From the NCBI GenBank assembly GCA_963614595.1, contig CAVECL010000001.1, positions 60,407 to 124,406 on the forward strand: DNA of 64,000 bases, in the 5' to 3' direction. Positions 9,357 to 18,585 of the stretch are shown piece after piece. This DNA comes from Parasutterella excrementihominis. GTDB lineage: Bacteria; Bacillota_I; Bacilli_A; RFN20; CAG-826. Under the pieces are notes generated by a model. It did no database searches. It was not told the origin of the DNA and saw nothing but the letters and a program-made list of their open reading frames with translations. The position numbers were made by a program, and so were the translations under genes. Position 1 is the stretch's first letter. Every line of letters starts with the position of its first letter.

Positions 9357-11422
9357 TCTTTTGCTCCTTGTATATCTGATTTCGCTTCATTGAGATAAGT
9401 GTCTAACGTATCGAGCAAGCGGCTTTCCACCGTGGCAACAGGCAAATCATGGAAGGAGGCAGCCGCCATGCCGAAGTGCCCGCCGCCACCCATCTTCTCG
9501 CAGAGAAGCTGAACGTTAATCGAGCCATCGCTACGCGCGGAGACCTTCGTTTCGTTCGTTCCCGTTCTGCCGATGACGAAGCAGGCGTTGATGCCCTTAA
9601 GTTGCATCAATTGGTTCGCGACTTTGCTGATGGAAGCCTGATCAACGATGTCTTTTTCGTCCGAGACGCAGTAGACAACGCCGGTGTAAGGCGTGCGCAA
9701 GGTCGAAACGATGTTGGTGACCAGGGCATATTCTTCGTATTCGTCTTTGAGGAAGTCATCCGCCAGTTGGTTATCCGCGCCGAACTCTTTCAGAATCTCC
9801 GCGGCTTCGAAGGTTCGGATTCCCGTTGACTTCGACTTGAAGAAGTTGGTATCGAGGAAGATGCCTGAAAGCATCAAAGTCGCATATGTTTGACTGATTT
9901 CAATGCGCGGGTTCGCGGTTGCGTAATGGATGAATTCGGCAAGGATTTCTGAAGTGGAGGAAGCGGACGGGTCGACGTAAGTCAGAACCGGCTTTTCGAC
10001 AAACTGCTCGCCTCTGCGATGGTGGTCGATGACGATGGCCTTCGTCGCTTTTTCAAGGGCTTTTTGTCCCATGACGCGAGACGGGACGGATACGTCAACG
10101 ACGATGAATAAGGTCGAAGGGCGAACGGCATCCGCCGCCTCTTTTGGAGTCAAGGTCATATTGTCCAGCTCTGTTTTGGAGAAGCTTCCCGTGAATGCGT
10201 AACGCGTCTTCTTCTCGGTCAATTTAGGATCGAAGACAATCTTGCAGGGCACTTTGCAGAAGTCGCAGAGGGCTTTGACGCCGAGGCATCCCGCCAAAGC
10301 GTCCATATCCATATCGAGGTGGCCGGAAACGATGACGTTGCTCGCGCCGCGGATAATGCCGATGATGGAATCGGCGACGGAACGGAACTGCACGCGGCCC
10401 GTGTTTTCGATCGCCGCGGTTTTTCCGCCGTAGAATTTAAGGTCCTGCCCATATGTGGACACGACCGCCTGATCGCCGCCGCGGCTCATCGCGATGTCAA
10501 TCGCGTTAGACGCCATATCGTGAAGTTTGGTTACGTCCGGGAAATCGTGAGCCAAGCCCAAGGAAAGGGTTGGAATAACATTTTCCCCTTTGCCCACCGC
10601 GCGGGTTTTTTCTAGCACGGAGAAGCCATCGGCCTCCATTTTCTCAAGAGAAGCGTAATTCGTGACGATGAAATAAGAGTCGCTGCGGAAGCGGCGAAGC
10701 AAGATGCCGAACTCTTTCGCATAATCGAATATCACTCCGCGAACCTTGGTGATGACGTCGTTGTTGTCATCTTCGGCATTGCCGGCGATTTCGGAATAGT
10801 TATCCATCATCAAGATCCCGATGACGGGCGCCTGCTCCTTCGAATAATTGAAGATGGATTCATAATCGCTGGAGTCGCGGAAGATGAATAGATGCGCATC
10901 CGCGAGGTATTTCACGGAATAGGTCTTGCCATTCACTTCGATTTTGACCGTGGTATCCGCCGGAGCGTTTTTGATATCCCTCAAACCCGGTTGCCAATCC
11001 AAGATGTTCATGTCGAGCAAGTCGATGTTTCTTTCTCTGAAGAGGGTGTTGGTCCAAAGAACGACATCGGAATCATCCGTGACCACTAGACCAATCTGAC
11101 CGAATTTGTAGGCTTCCTGAATATCGTTGCCGATGATCGAGGCGGCATCCACGTCGTTTCTCTGGCGGATGCGTCCGATCAAAAGCTCGGAAGTCCACAT
11201 CACCAAAAGATTGAAGACGATCACGGCGGTGAAGGCGATGAACCAATAGTCGATCTTCATGAAGTCGCGGAAACCTTCGGGCCAATCAAGGTAATAAAGC
11301 CCGACCGATCCGCCCAAGAGGACGAGTTCGACAATGATTACGATAAAACTGCCGACTCTGGTGCGGTGCAAAGCGGCGCTAATGGAATTTGATTTGCGGG
11401 GTTTTTGACTGGCCATGGGCAA
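9353..11422 (-). CDS. gdpP: cyclic-di-AMP phosphodiesterase GdpP (YybT): TM-PAS-degenerate GGDEF-DHH/DHHA1
   Basis: Two N-terminal TM helices, a DHH motif (VIDHHRRG), and the DHHA1 GGGH motif (GGGGHFGMAAA). It keeps the conserved position upstream of rplI-dnaB. Confidence 0.85.
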   Translation of the reverse strand: MPMASQKPRKSNSISAALHRTRVGSFIVIIVELVLLGGSVGLYYLDWPEGFRDFMKIDYWFIAFTAVIVFNLLVMWTSELLIGRIRQRNDVDAASIIGNDIQEAYKFGQIGLVVTDDSDVVLWTNTLFRERNIDLLDMNILDWQPGLRDIKNAPADTTVKIEVNGKTYSVKYLADAHLFIFRDSSDYESIFNYSKEQAPVIGILMMDNYSEIAGNAEDDNNDVITKVRGVIFDYAKEFGILLRRFRSDSYFIVTNYASLEKMEADGFSVLEKTRAVGKGENVIPTLSLGLAHDFPDVTKLHDMASNAIDIAMSRGGDQAVVSTYGQDLKFYGGKTAAIENTGRVQFRSVADSIIGIIRGASNVIVSGHLDMDMDALAGCLGVKALCDFCKVPCKIVFDPKLTEKKTRYAFTGSFSKTELDNMTLTPKEAADAVRPSTLFIVVDVSVPSRVMGQKALEKATKAIVIDHHRRGEQFVEKPVLTYVDPSASSTSEILAEFIHYATANPRIEISQTYATLMLSGIFLDTNFFKSKSTGIRTFEAAEILKEFGADNQLADDFLKDEYEEYALVTNIVSTLRTPYTGVVYCVSDEKDIVDQASISKVANQLMQLKGINACFVIGRTGTNETKVSARSDGSINVQLLCEKMGGGGHFGMAAASFHDLPVATVESRLLDTLDTYLNEAKSDIQGAKE

Positions 11423-11506
11423 ATTATAGCCCTAAGGGCTATTCTCTCCTAGGACAAAGAAAAAATAAATCTAGACGGGTAAAAACGGCTGTTTTCGGCA
11501 AGGCAA

Positions 11507-11617
11507 TTATTCGTCGTCGTTTTTGCCTTTGAGGGACAGCAGATAAAAAACCACGGCGATGGTAATCGCCACCACAACGATGGCGACGATGATTCCGATA
11601 AGCGTGGTCGTTGACAT
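11507..11617 (-). CDS. possible 36-aa single-TM micro-protein (MSTTTLIGIIVAIVVVAITIAVVFYLLSLKGKNDDE)
   Basis: ATG...TAA ORF below the 60-aa cutoff of the ORF track. Its 23-residue hydrophobic core looks like a transmembrane helix. Shine-Dalgarno is weak. Confidence 0.25.
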   Translation of the reverse strand: MSTTTLIGIIVAIVVVAITIAVVFYLLSLKGKNDDE

Positions 11618-12261
11618 GCGGAAATGCTACGGCAAAAGAGAGCAAAATAAAAGCCTCTGGATTAGGAGGGGCAATTTGGCGTCGAAGCAGACGCGATTGG
11701 AGATTTTTTTCTTGTCTTCCAGATCCTTTTGGGACTCTTACGAAATCGTTAGCGTCGCTTGTTACCAGAAAAAGGAGATGTCTTCAAAGTTGACGATTAT
11801 GCAGAGAAAAGGCTAAATCATTGACCGATTCCTTGATTGACGCTTTCATGGAAGAATTCCCTCTTCTGTGCTGGCGGAAGGGGAAGAGGCGGAAACTTAC
11901 GCTGACGAATATTACCACGCTTTTGAATATTACGAATCCTTCGTATACGGGAAGTCAGAATAAACCTCAAGAAGCGAAGCCTCCGCCGCCGATTCTGCTT
12001 CCGCAAAAAGAAAACTCTTCTGTCCCAGCCCATGTTCATACCTATCGCGAAGGCTAGACCCACACTGAGGCCAACAAGGAGAATAGATGAACTCGATAAG
12101 AGTTTCCTCGAAGGAAGCGTCTTTTTCTATTCAAAGGTTTGTTTCCTTGCAAAGCAGATCTTAAAAGGGGGGCAACTTTGCGTTTTTGTCAAATTACCCC
12201 CCGTTAACTCGTATCTATGAAAGTCATATTGAGTATAATGAAACCGAGGAGGAATCCGCCT

Positions 12262-13491
12262 ATGCCTTTATTTAAACGGGAAAACTACCTTTCCAAAATC
12301 CGCGATTTCTACCATGTGAACGACCTCATCAAGGTCATCACGGGGGTGAGACGCTCAGGGAAGTCATCAATCATGAGTCTCATCGCCGAGGAGCTTCGCC
12401 TAAAAGGGGTGAAGGAAAGCAACATCTTCTTTCTAAGCCTGGATGCCAAGGGGAATAGAGGCATTAAGACTCCAGACCAGTTGGAACGCCTCATCGATGA
12501 GAAGGTCCATGCGGAGGGGACGAAGTACCTCTTTCTAGATGAGATTCAAAATGTGAATGGATATGAGGAGGTTGTCAACGCCTACCGTGAGGAGGGCGAT
12601 TACTCGATTTTCATCACCGGCAGCAATTCATATCTCCTCAGCGGCGAGCTCATTACGAAGCTCACCGGGCGCTACATCGAGTTTGAGATTTACCCTCTCA
12701 ATTTCGAAGAGTATTTGCAGATGAAGGAATTCTATCATCGCCCCTTGGACCCCAACCTCGCCGTAGAACTTAGGAACTACCTGCAGGAAGGAGGCTTCCC
12801 TGAGACTCTCCTTTTGCCTAGCCTAACCTCAAAGAGGGCTTACGTGAAGGCCCTTGTCGATGAGATTCTAAAGAAAGACATCTACCGTCGGATCAAAATA
12901 AGGAAGCGCGACAGCTTCGACATTGTCATGCACTACCTGATCAACAACTTCGCTAGACCCACGAGCAAGCAAAATATCCTGAAGGGCCTAGAGGAAGGGG
13001 GATTCAAAATCAAAGAATCCACTTTGACAAGATATATCCGCGCCTTAGAGGATGCGAAGGTCCTTTACCCCTGCCTTAACTTCGATCTCAAGTCGAAGCG
13101 TTCCCTAAAAGGAGAGAGAAAATACTATCTTTCCGACCTCTCGTTTACTTTCTTGACCGATCCAAACAGCATCTCCGCCTATGGGCCCTGCCTTGAGAAT
13201 ATCGTCTACGTCTACGCGAGGTCGAAGGGATACGAAACCTACGTCGGCAAGATAGGGAAACTAGAATGCGACTTCGTCCTCCGCGACCCGAATTTGGATT
13301 GCTCTTACGTTCAGGTGGCCTACACGATCCTTGGCGATTCAAAGACCATGGATAGGGAGTACCGTTCTCTCCTTTCTATCAGCGACAACTACCCGAAATA
13401 TCTGTTGACCACCGACTTTTTGTTGCAGAAGAAAGACGGCATAAAACACGAGAACCTTATGGAGTTCATGCGAGAGGGAAGGCTTTTCTAA
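12262..13491 (+). CDS. AAA-family ATPase with DUF4143-type C-terminal domain (COG1373-like)
   Basis: Walker A GVRRSGKSS and Walker B LFLDEIQ. The C-terminal pattern is typical of the 'ATPase AAA + DUF4143' proteins. A GAGGAGG Shine-Dalgarno lies 9 nt upstream of ATG 12262. Confidence 0.8.
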   Translation: MPLFKRENYLSKIRDFYHVNDLIKVITGVRRSGKSSIMSLIAEELRLKGVKESNIFFLSLDAKGNRGIKTPDQLERLIDEKVHAEGTKYLFLDEIQNVNGYEEVVNAYREEGDYSIFITGSNSYLLSGELITKLTGRYIEFEIYPLNFEEYLQMKEFYHRPLDPNLAVELRNYLQEGGFPETLLLPSLTSKRAYVKALVDEILKKDIYRRIKIRKRDSFDIVMHYLINNFARPTSKQNILKGLEEGGFKIKESTLTRYIRALEDAKVLYPCLNFDLKSKRSLKGERKYYLSDLSFTFLTDPNSISAYGPCLENIVYVYARSKGYETYVGKIGKLECDFVLRDPNLDCSYVQVAYTILGDSKTMDREYRSLLSISDNYPKYLLTTDFLLQKKDGIKHENLMEFMREGRLF

Positions 13492-13559
13492 CGGCTTTCT
13501 TTTTTCCCTTCGATTAAAAGTTCCCCAATCAGCCGGACTATAGAACGCCTTGGTCTGAA

Positions 13560-13960
13560 GGCCGCTGTTTGCGCGGGCGGCCAACGGAGCGCTTGGTATT
13601 TTGCTCGTAGCCGTCTTTCGGCTTGGGCTTGCGGCCCCGCTTTTTCGGCTCCGGCTTCGGTACTAGCTAAGACAGCCCGAGCGCCTCCAGCTCCTCGAAG
13701 ACCGTCTTGAGCGTGTGGACCCAGAATCCGTCGCCCGTGGATGGGTCTGACGGCGCGTCGACCCTGCGCCAGGCGGAGGAGAGGTCATCGAGCAGCTCGG
13801 CGTAGGACATCTTGCCCAGAAGGCCGGCCATCCCGGCCTTCCTCAGCATTCTGCATGTGGCCAAGGTCACCACGAAGTTGACGAACTCGCTTCCGATGAC
13901 GGAGAAGTCGCCCTGGACGCCGGTGCGGTCGAGCAACGCGCGCTTTTGTGACCTTGCTTC
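13560..13960 (-). pseudogene. GC-rich (>60%) gene remnant of foreign origin: one open frame interrupted by an in-frame TAG, continuing into a basic AT-hook-like tail (KRGRKPKPK...GRPRKQRP)
   Basis: Abrupt composition shift against ~48% GC surroundings. The minus-strand frame reads ...LLDRTGVQGDFSVIGSEFVNFV...FEELEALGLS*LVPKPEPKKRGRKPKPKDGYEQNTKRSVGRPRKQRPSDQGVL*. There is no start codon and no RBS in the GC-rich part. Confidence 0.45.
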
Positions 13961-14028
13961 TACAAACTGCCTATTTTTTATGTTTTTTTGCTTCTTTTGA
14001 GGCCCCAATATAATCGTGGGTCGTCCAA

Positions 14029-15069
14029 TTAAACTCTGCGAGAACTGCGAATGATTCCCTGTGTTTTTTCGCTGTGGCCGCAATGAACGCATACGCAGTC
14101 ATAGAGATTTTCGATCGAGCTCTCTTCTGTGTCGTACGTTCCGGTGTAATGCTCGTAAATGTCTTCGCTTCCTTTTGCTTCGCCTATGACGTCTCCTCTA
14201 TCGGTGGATATCGTGTAGGTTGTTTCTCTTGTCCCCACTTTCCTCATTCGATCCTCGAACCCGACCCCATCCCACGTGGTTGTTTTACTGCTGATAAGCG
14301 TCTCTTCGCACCTTCCATGGCATTCTGGGCATCTATGGGCGGTTATGGAGCAAAAATCAAAGGCATTGATGACGGCTATTAGGCCTAAAAGAATGCAAGA
14401 ATGGATGTAATAAACCAAAGAAACGCCGAGAAAATCGAGATAGAAATAGGCTAAGGCGAATGCTCCGCCGAGTAAGACCAATGCGGTGAGTTCGAGGTAG
14501 CGGTTCGTCCGCAAAGGTTTGCCGAGGTTAAACATAAAATTGATGAAGATTCCGCCGAGGATCGAGTACATGTAAAGCAAGACGTAATGCATCCATATGT
14601 CGATGGGGTTGAGGATATCGTTGAAGTAATATCCCGCGAAATAGAAAATCGCGGCTAGGTAAAGCAAAACAACTCCCCATTTAACAAACATCAGCGGGGA
14701 AGGCGTTTTGAATTTCTGCACTTTGTATTTTTTACTTGCTTTCTTGAATTTCCGGTCGCTCTTTTCCTTTATTTTGGAGAACAGCAAATCCGACAACACG
14801 ACAAGCAACGCGATAAGCAAAAGGAGGATGAGGAAGGCCGCAAATCCCCCAAGCAAGAAAATTCCAGGGATGCGAAAAATGGCGAGGCCAGCATCTTCCT
14901 GGGACTGGTAAATAAAAAGGGCGATTTGCTGATAAAAAGGGTAGGAATAAAATTTTTGGCTTTGTGAGGTGACGAAATAGAAAAAGGCACTCACTAAAGT
15001 CACCAAGACGGAGATCACCGCTAATCCGCCTGCTAAGATGGCAGCTATTTCATGCCTATGCGCTTTCAT
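14029..15069 (-). CDS. hypothetical polytopic membrane protein with C-terminal cytoplasmic Cys4 zinc-ribbon domain
   Basis: A strong AAGGAGG Shine-Dalgarno 6 nt upstream. About 8 TM helices. The C-terminal region carries CPECHGRC...CVCVHCGH. Confidence 0.7.
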   Translation of the reverse strand: MKAHRHEIAAILAGGLAVISVLVTLVSAFFYFVTSQSQKFYSYPFYQQIALFIYQSQEDAGLAIFRIPGIFLLGGFAAFLILLLLIALLVVLSDLLFSKIKEKSDRKFKKASKKYKVQKFKTPSPLMFVKWGVVLLYLAAIFYFAGYYFNDILNPIDIWMHYVLLYMYSILGGIFINFMFNLGKPLRTNRYLELTALVLLGGAFALAYFYLDFLGVSLVYYIHSCILLGLIAVINAFDFCSITAHRCPECHGRCEETLISSKTTTWDGVGFEDRMRKVGTRETTYTISTDRGDVIGEAKGSEDIYEHYTGTYDTEESSIENLYDCVCVHCGHSEKTQGIIRSSRRV

Positions 15070-15152
15070 AAAACCCCTCCTTATTTATAAATGACCGGTT
15101 CGCCGTCGACGAAACGCCAACTCACAAGAGCAAAATCGGGAGTACACAGCCC

Positions 15153-15383
15153 ATGATACACAACTTCAGAGTGAACCACGCAGACGGCGGCCACGTCGAC
15201 ATGAAATGCCTCGAATGCGGGCATGAGGAGCCCATGCCCCTCGACGTCTTTTCGGAATTGTTCGATCCGTCGCTAGACGAGAACCCGGCGTTCACATGCC
15301 CGCATTGCGACGCGGAATCCTTCGTCCCGAAGGACGTCCACGACCAAATCAAGGGCGGATTCGTCTATAAAGTCGAGAGATAG
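15153..15383 (+). CDS. small zinc-ribbon protein (CxxC...CxxC), 76 aa
   Basis: CLECGH...CPHCDA metal-binding pairs and a GGGAG Shine-Dalgarno-like element upstream. Lies between the membrane/Zn-ribbon gene and the lipoprotein gene. Confidence 0.4.
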   Translation: MIHNFRVNHADGGHVDMKCLECGHEEPMPLDVFSELFDPSLDENPAFTCPHCDAESFVPKDVHDQIKGGFVYKVER

Positions 15384-15560
15384 GGGCCAGAGCGGTGCTC
15401 GTCGGCCGTTTTTTGTGTTCAAACCATCAAATGCAATTTCCTAGTCAACTCAAAAAGGCGGCCTGTAGCAATGGTCCGCCTTATTTGATTCATAAGACCT
15501 TTTGATTACGCTTCCTTAATGGGGGAGCGTATTCATAATAGGCTGCTAAGGAAACCGTTA

Positions 15561-17429
15561 TTAGGCTGCTTTAACCGTGATTCCCGGCCTGACGCAATAC
15601 CCTTCATAATTGACTGCCGACGTATAAGCAATATAGCCATAGGGGTCGACTTTATTAGCCGAATACGAACTGTGCGCATCTGGCGAACGCGTCCAATAAT
15701 AGCCATTCCGATAGTTGGCGTTTTGACCGGTCTCGATTATCGCTCCACTTGCTATAGCGTAGTCCGTGACCTTGGAACCCAACGAGAATTTGGCGGTTTT
15801 GTAGTCTTGGGCGCTTAAAAGATAGACATAATCATTCGTGCCGCCGGAAGCGTATTCATTTGTTGTCCACCAAGTCGTTTTGGCCGAATTGTCCACATAG
15901 ACTTTTTGCAGCTTAGGAGTGATTGGGAAGGCTAAAGATCTGAAATCGCCAGTGAGCCATTTTCTGATCCCCGATTTTTCATAATTATTCGCGTAGTACC
16001 CATTTTTCTTATCACTATAGTTTTCGTTGTATATATGCGTATCGAGAAGCATCCTTGAAACGAGCGAATATTGATTCCCGTCGGATGATGTAACGGTCCA
16101 TTCGATGGGTTCAACCTTGAACCAATATGAGGTGCCGCTTGAGATCTTCGTCCCGTCGTCGAAGGTATAGCGGCTGTTAAAGGGTTTCGCGGTTTTCTTC
16201 GCGTAGTAGCTGCCGTCTAAGAGATACCAGCCATTTCCCTCGGGGGAAGTCAAAGCGTCCAAGGAGGCCAGCAACGAAGAATCGGAAACATAGCTTTGAG
16301 GATATTGCCCATAAAGCACAGAATCGACGCTGACGCTCGAAGAGTCTTCGACATCGGCAGAATAGCCGCAGACACTGCAAACCTTCGTCACCTCGTTAGA
16401 CGAGTTCAAATCCAATATGTTCCTGAAAGCGTGGTCGCTTTTCTCGACTTTCTCGTCGCATTCAGAGCAAGAGTACCAGTGGCTCGTCGCGTCGCTTGTA
16501 TAAGAATCATTCAAGGTATGGCCATGGGGCAAGGTCAACGTCTCGGCCCCGGCGCTGATCTCATAGGTAAAGGTATAAGTCGTGACGTTGTTATACGCAT
16601 CCTTATCGAAAGAGTATCTCACCATCTTGGTAACCTTCCCATCCTCGAAAAAAATAGACCAGCTTTCTATGATGTCACCCTTCGGATTGACGTTGTAACC
16701 GCAATCAACTTCATCATAATCACGATAAGTGTTGGCAACGCTAAGCCGAGAGTTGAAGAAATAAGCGTTCAGGTCAAAGGGGTTGAATTGATCGATCTTC
16801 TTGCCGGTGTCCTCGCCCTTTGTCCAATATGATTCGTCTTCGCTGTCTTTGCTGGTTGTCTTGGAATAGACATAATACTTCGCGTCGCTATCTTGGCCTG
16901 ATTTGGTGTAATAGTATTCGCGCGTGTTTCCGTCGCCCTTCCTCTTTGAGTAGACGATGTCTCCGTTTTTGACGTAGATATCATCATCCTCGATGAGTGT
17001 GACGCCGGTGCTTTTGTAATAGACATCCGCCTTGTAAGTCAAAGTGAAATCGCCTTCGAACTTAAAAGCGTTATCCCAGTCTTCATCGCTGACGCCCGTG
17101 GTGTAGCTGACTTCGTCTTTGACATAGCGGCAGTAGGCGCATCTATAGCCCTTCGTCCCGGCCTCCTTTTCCGTGGCTTTCTTGATCACATCCTTGTGGT
17201 CTCCGAAAGTGTGGGCTTCCACCTTCTTCTCGCCGCAAGAGCATTCTCTCCAATGGTTGTTCTCGTCGCTCTGATAGTTCCCGAAAGAATGGACGTGCGC
17301 GCTAGAAGAGCCAGAGGAAGTCGGCTTTTCCTCGGATGAAGTGCCTCCCTGGAGGCTGCAAGAGCCCAACGCCATCGTTAGAAGCGTCGAAACGCCTAGC
17401 CCGAACAAGATGCTGTGTTTTGTTTTCAT
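15561..17429 (-). CDS. large secreted lipoprotein with duplicated His/Cys motif modules and a C-terminal YWTRSP...GVRPxIT domain
   Basis: Signal peptide plus lipobox (LALGSC|S). Two repeats of H-x-H-x11-HW-x2-C-x-C...H-x-F followed by C-x2-C (AHVHSFGNYQSDENNHWRECSCGE / PHGHTLNDSYTSDATSHWYSCSEC). Ser/Asp/Tyr-rich beta-type middle region. AAGGAG Shine-Dalgarno upstream. Confidence 0.7.
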   Translation of the reverse strand: MKTKHSILFGLGVSTLLTMALGSCSLQGGTSSEEKPTSSGSSSAHVHSFGNYQSDENNHWRECSCGEKKVEAHTFGDHKDVIKKATEKEAGTKGYRCAYCRYVKDEVSYTTGVSDEDWDNAFKFEGDFTLTYKADVYYKSTGVTLIEDDDIYVKNGDIVYSKRKGDGNTREYYYTKSGQDSDAKYYVYSKTTSKDSEDESYWTKGEDTGKKIDQFNPFDLNAYFFNSRLSVANTYRDYDEVDCGYNVNPKGDIIESWSIFFEDGKVTKMVRYSFDKDAYNNVTTYTFTYEISAGAETLTLPHGHTLNDSYTSDATSHWYSCSECDEKVEKSDHAFRNILDLNSSNEVTKVCSVCGYSADVEDSSSVSVDSVLYGQYPQSYVSDSSLLASLDALTSPEGNGWYLLDGSYYAKKTAKPFNSRYTFDDGTKISSGTSYWFKVEPIEWTVTSSDGNQYSLVSRMLLDTHIYNENYSDKKNGYYANNYEKSGIRKWLTGDFRSLAFPITPKLQKVYVDNSAKTTWWTTNEYASGGTNDYVYLLSAQDYKTAKFSLGSKVTDYAIASGAIIETGQNANYRNGYYWTRSPDAHSSYSANKVDPYGYIAYTSAVNYEGYCVRPGITVKAA

Positions 17430-17792
17430 GTTTCCTTATTCCTTACTCCTTATTTATGCGGAATGGAAAAAGGTTAGGCCAGGAAGCGCTAAAAAAGTGC
17501 CAAAGACCCAGCGGGTTTTTGAAAAAGAAAACATCATCGTTTCGCTTCAAAGACATGGACGCGAATTGAATGAAGACGATGATGGCTGTTTCGTCTAGAC
17601 GCCTAGGCGCGTTCATGGATGTCGGATCCTTGAAGAAGACGCTCTAAGAAGAATAAGGGAGGACGTTCGCGCCTAGTCCCCTCTGCATAAGTGTAATGAG
17701 TCCCCAATAAGAGAGGAGCTCCCTAAAGCATTTCCCGCTTTAAAGGGTGCTTCGTCCATAAAGCCCGGCAAGAGAAGCGGCGGCGAGGAAAA

Positions 17793-18584
17793 TCAACGGG
17801 TCAAGCCTTTCCGCTCGGCGATGATATCAAGCTCCATCTGGTAGTCCAACGCCCATTCGTAGCTCTTGCAGAAAACCCCGCTGTAATTGCCTTCTCCCGT
17901 CTTGAGGAAATCCCAGTAATCGCAATGAATGCGGCTTTTAAGGAGAGTGAGTTGGGCCCTAGAGAAGCTCACGCAGCTGAAGTTGTATTCGCTTAGGGTC
18001 CTCCTTAGCCGCCACACCGCGTCGCGGTAGAGCCTCTTGGCGTTGTCCAAAGGGACGTCCGGCCAAAGTTGGGAGATCGCATCGCTCATCTCGAGGATTT
18101 TGCCATTATAGGCAATCAGCAAAGCGAAGAGCTCCTTGGATTTCGCGCTGGAGAAGCGGATGGCCTCCCCCTCGAGGAAACAATCGAAGCTATTGAACAT
18201 CTTCACCTCCATGTAGGAGCAGCTGTCACTGATCAAATCGATGTATTGCTTCACGCTTAAGAAGGTATAGGGCTTGTAGATGAAACCGAGGACGCTTGAT
18301 TTTATCTCTGAAGGCAAGTCCTTTTCCGTCATTTTGATCCCGGTCACGAAGACGATCTTCATCCCCGGATGGATGTGGAGGATCTTTTTGACGAGGTCGA
18401 TCCCGTTTATCCCCGGCATATTGATGTCAATGAAAGAGGCGCTCACCTCATTATGATTCACGTAATCCAGAATCTGCTTCTCGTCGTCTTTGAAAAATCT
18501 GCATTCCAGGTTGTCCAAAGAGACGATCTCCTTCAGGAATATCTGCAAAGAGGAGATCTCGTCGTCCACCGCAATCACTTTCAT
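17793..18584 (-). CDS. response regulator: receiver domain with a C-terminal winged-helix-like (OmpR/trans_reg_C-like) output; not LytTR or AraC
   Basis: MKVIAVDDE...D(IN)MPG(IN)G receiver signature. The C-terminus has a KELFALL...VW...RLRRTL pattern. Its start codon lies 2 nt after the kinase stop. Confidence 0.75.
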   Translation of the reverse strand: MKVIAVDDEISSLQIFLKEIVSLDNLECRFFKDDEKQILDYVNHNEVSASFIDINMPGINGIDLVKKILHIHPGMKIVFVTGIKMTEKDLPSEIKSSVLGFIYKPYTFLSVKQYIDLISDSCSYMEVKMFNSFDCFLEGEAIRFSSAKSKELFALLIAYNGKILEMSDAISQLWPDVPLDNAKRLYRDAVWRLRRTLSEYNFSCVSFSRAQLTLLKSRIHCDYWDFLKTGEGNYSGVFCKSYEWALDYQMELDIIAERKGLTR

Positions 18585-18585
18585 A

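Noticed and set aside
11818-12063. Overlapping 81-aa (-) and 78-aa (+) ORFs in the gdpP-upstream spacer
   Set aside because: They mutually overlap, are Arg/Lys/Pro-rich low-complexity frames, and have no RBS. They are more likely non-coding, or a decayed yybS remnant as noted in the findings.
13339-13584. 81-aa minus-strand ORF
   Set aside because: Antisense to the 3' end of the DUF4143 ATPase and running into the GC-rich scar. No RBS.
16296-17026. 178-aa (+) and 85-aa (-) ORFs
   Set aside because: Inside the lipoprotein gene 15561..17429, which has an excellent Shine-Dalgarno, a signal peptide and a lipobox.
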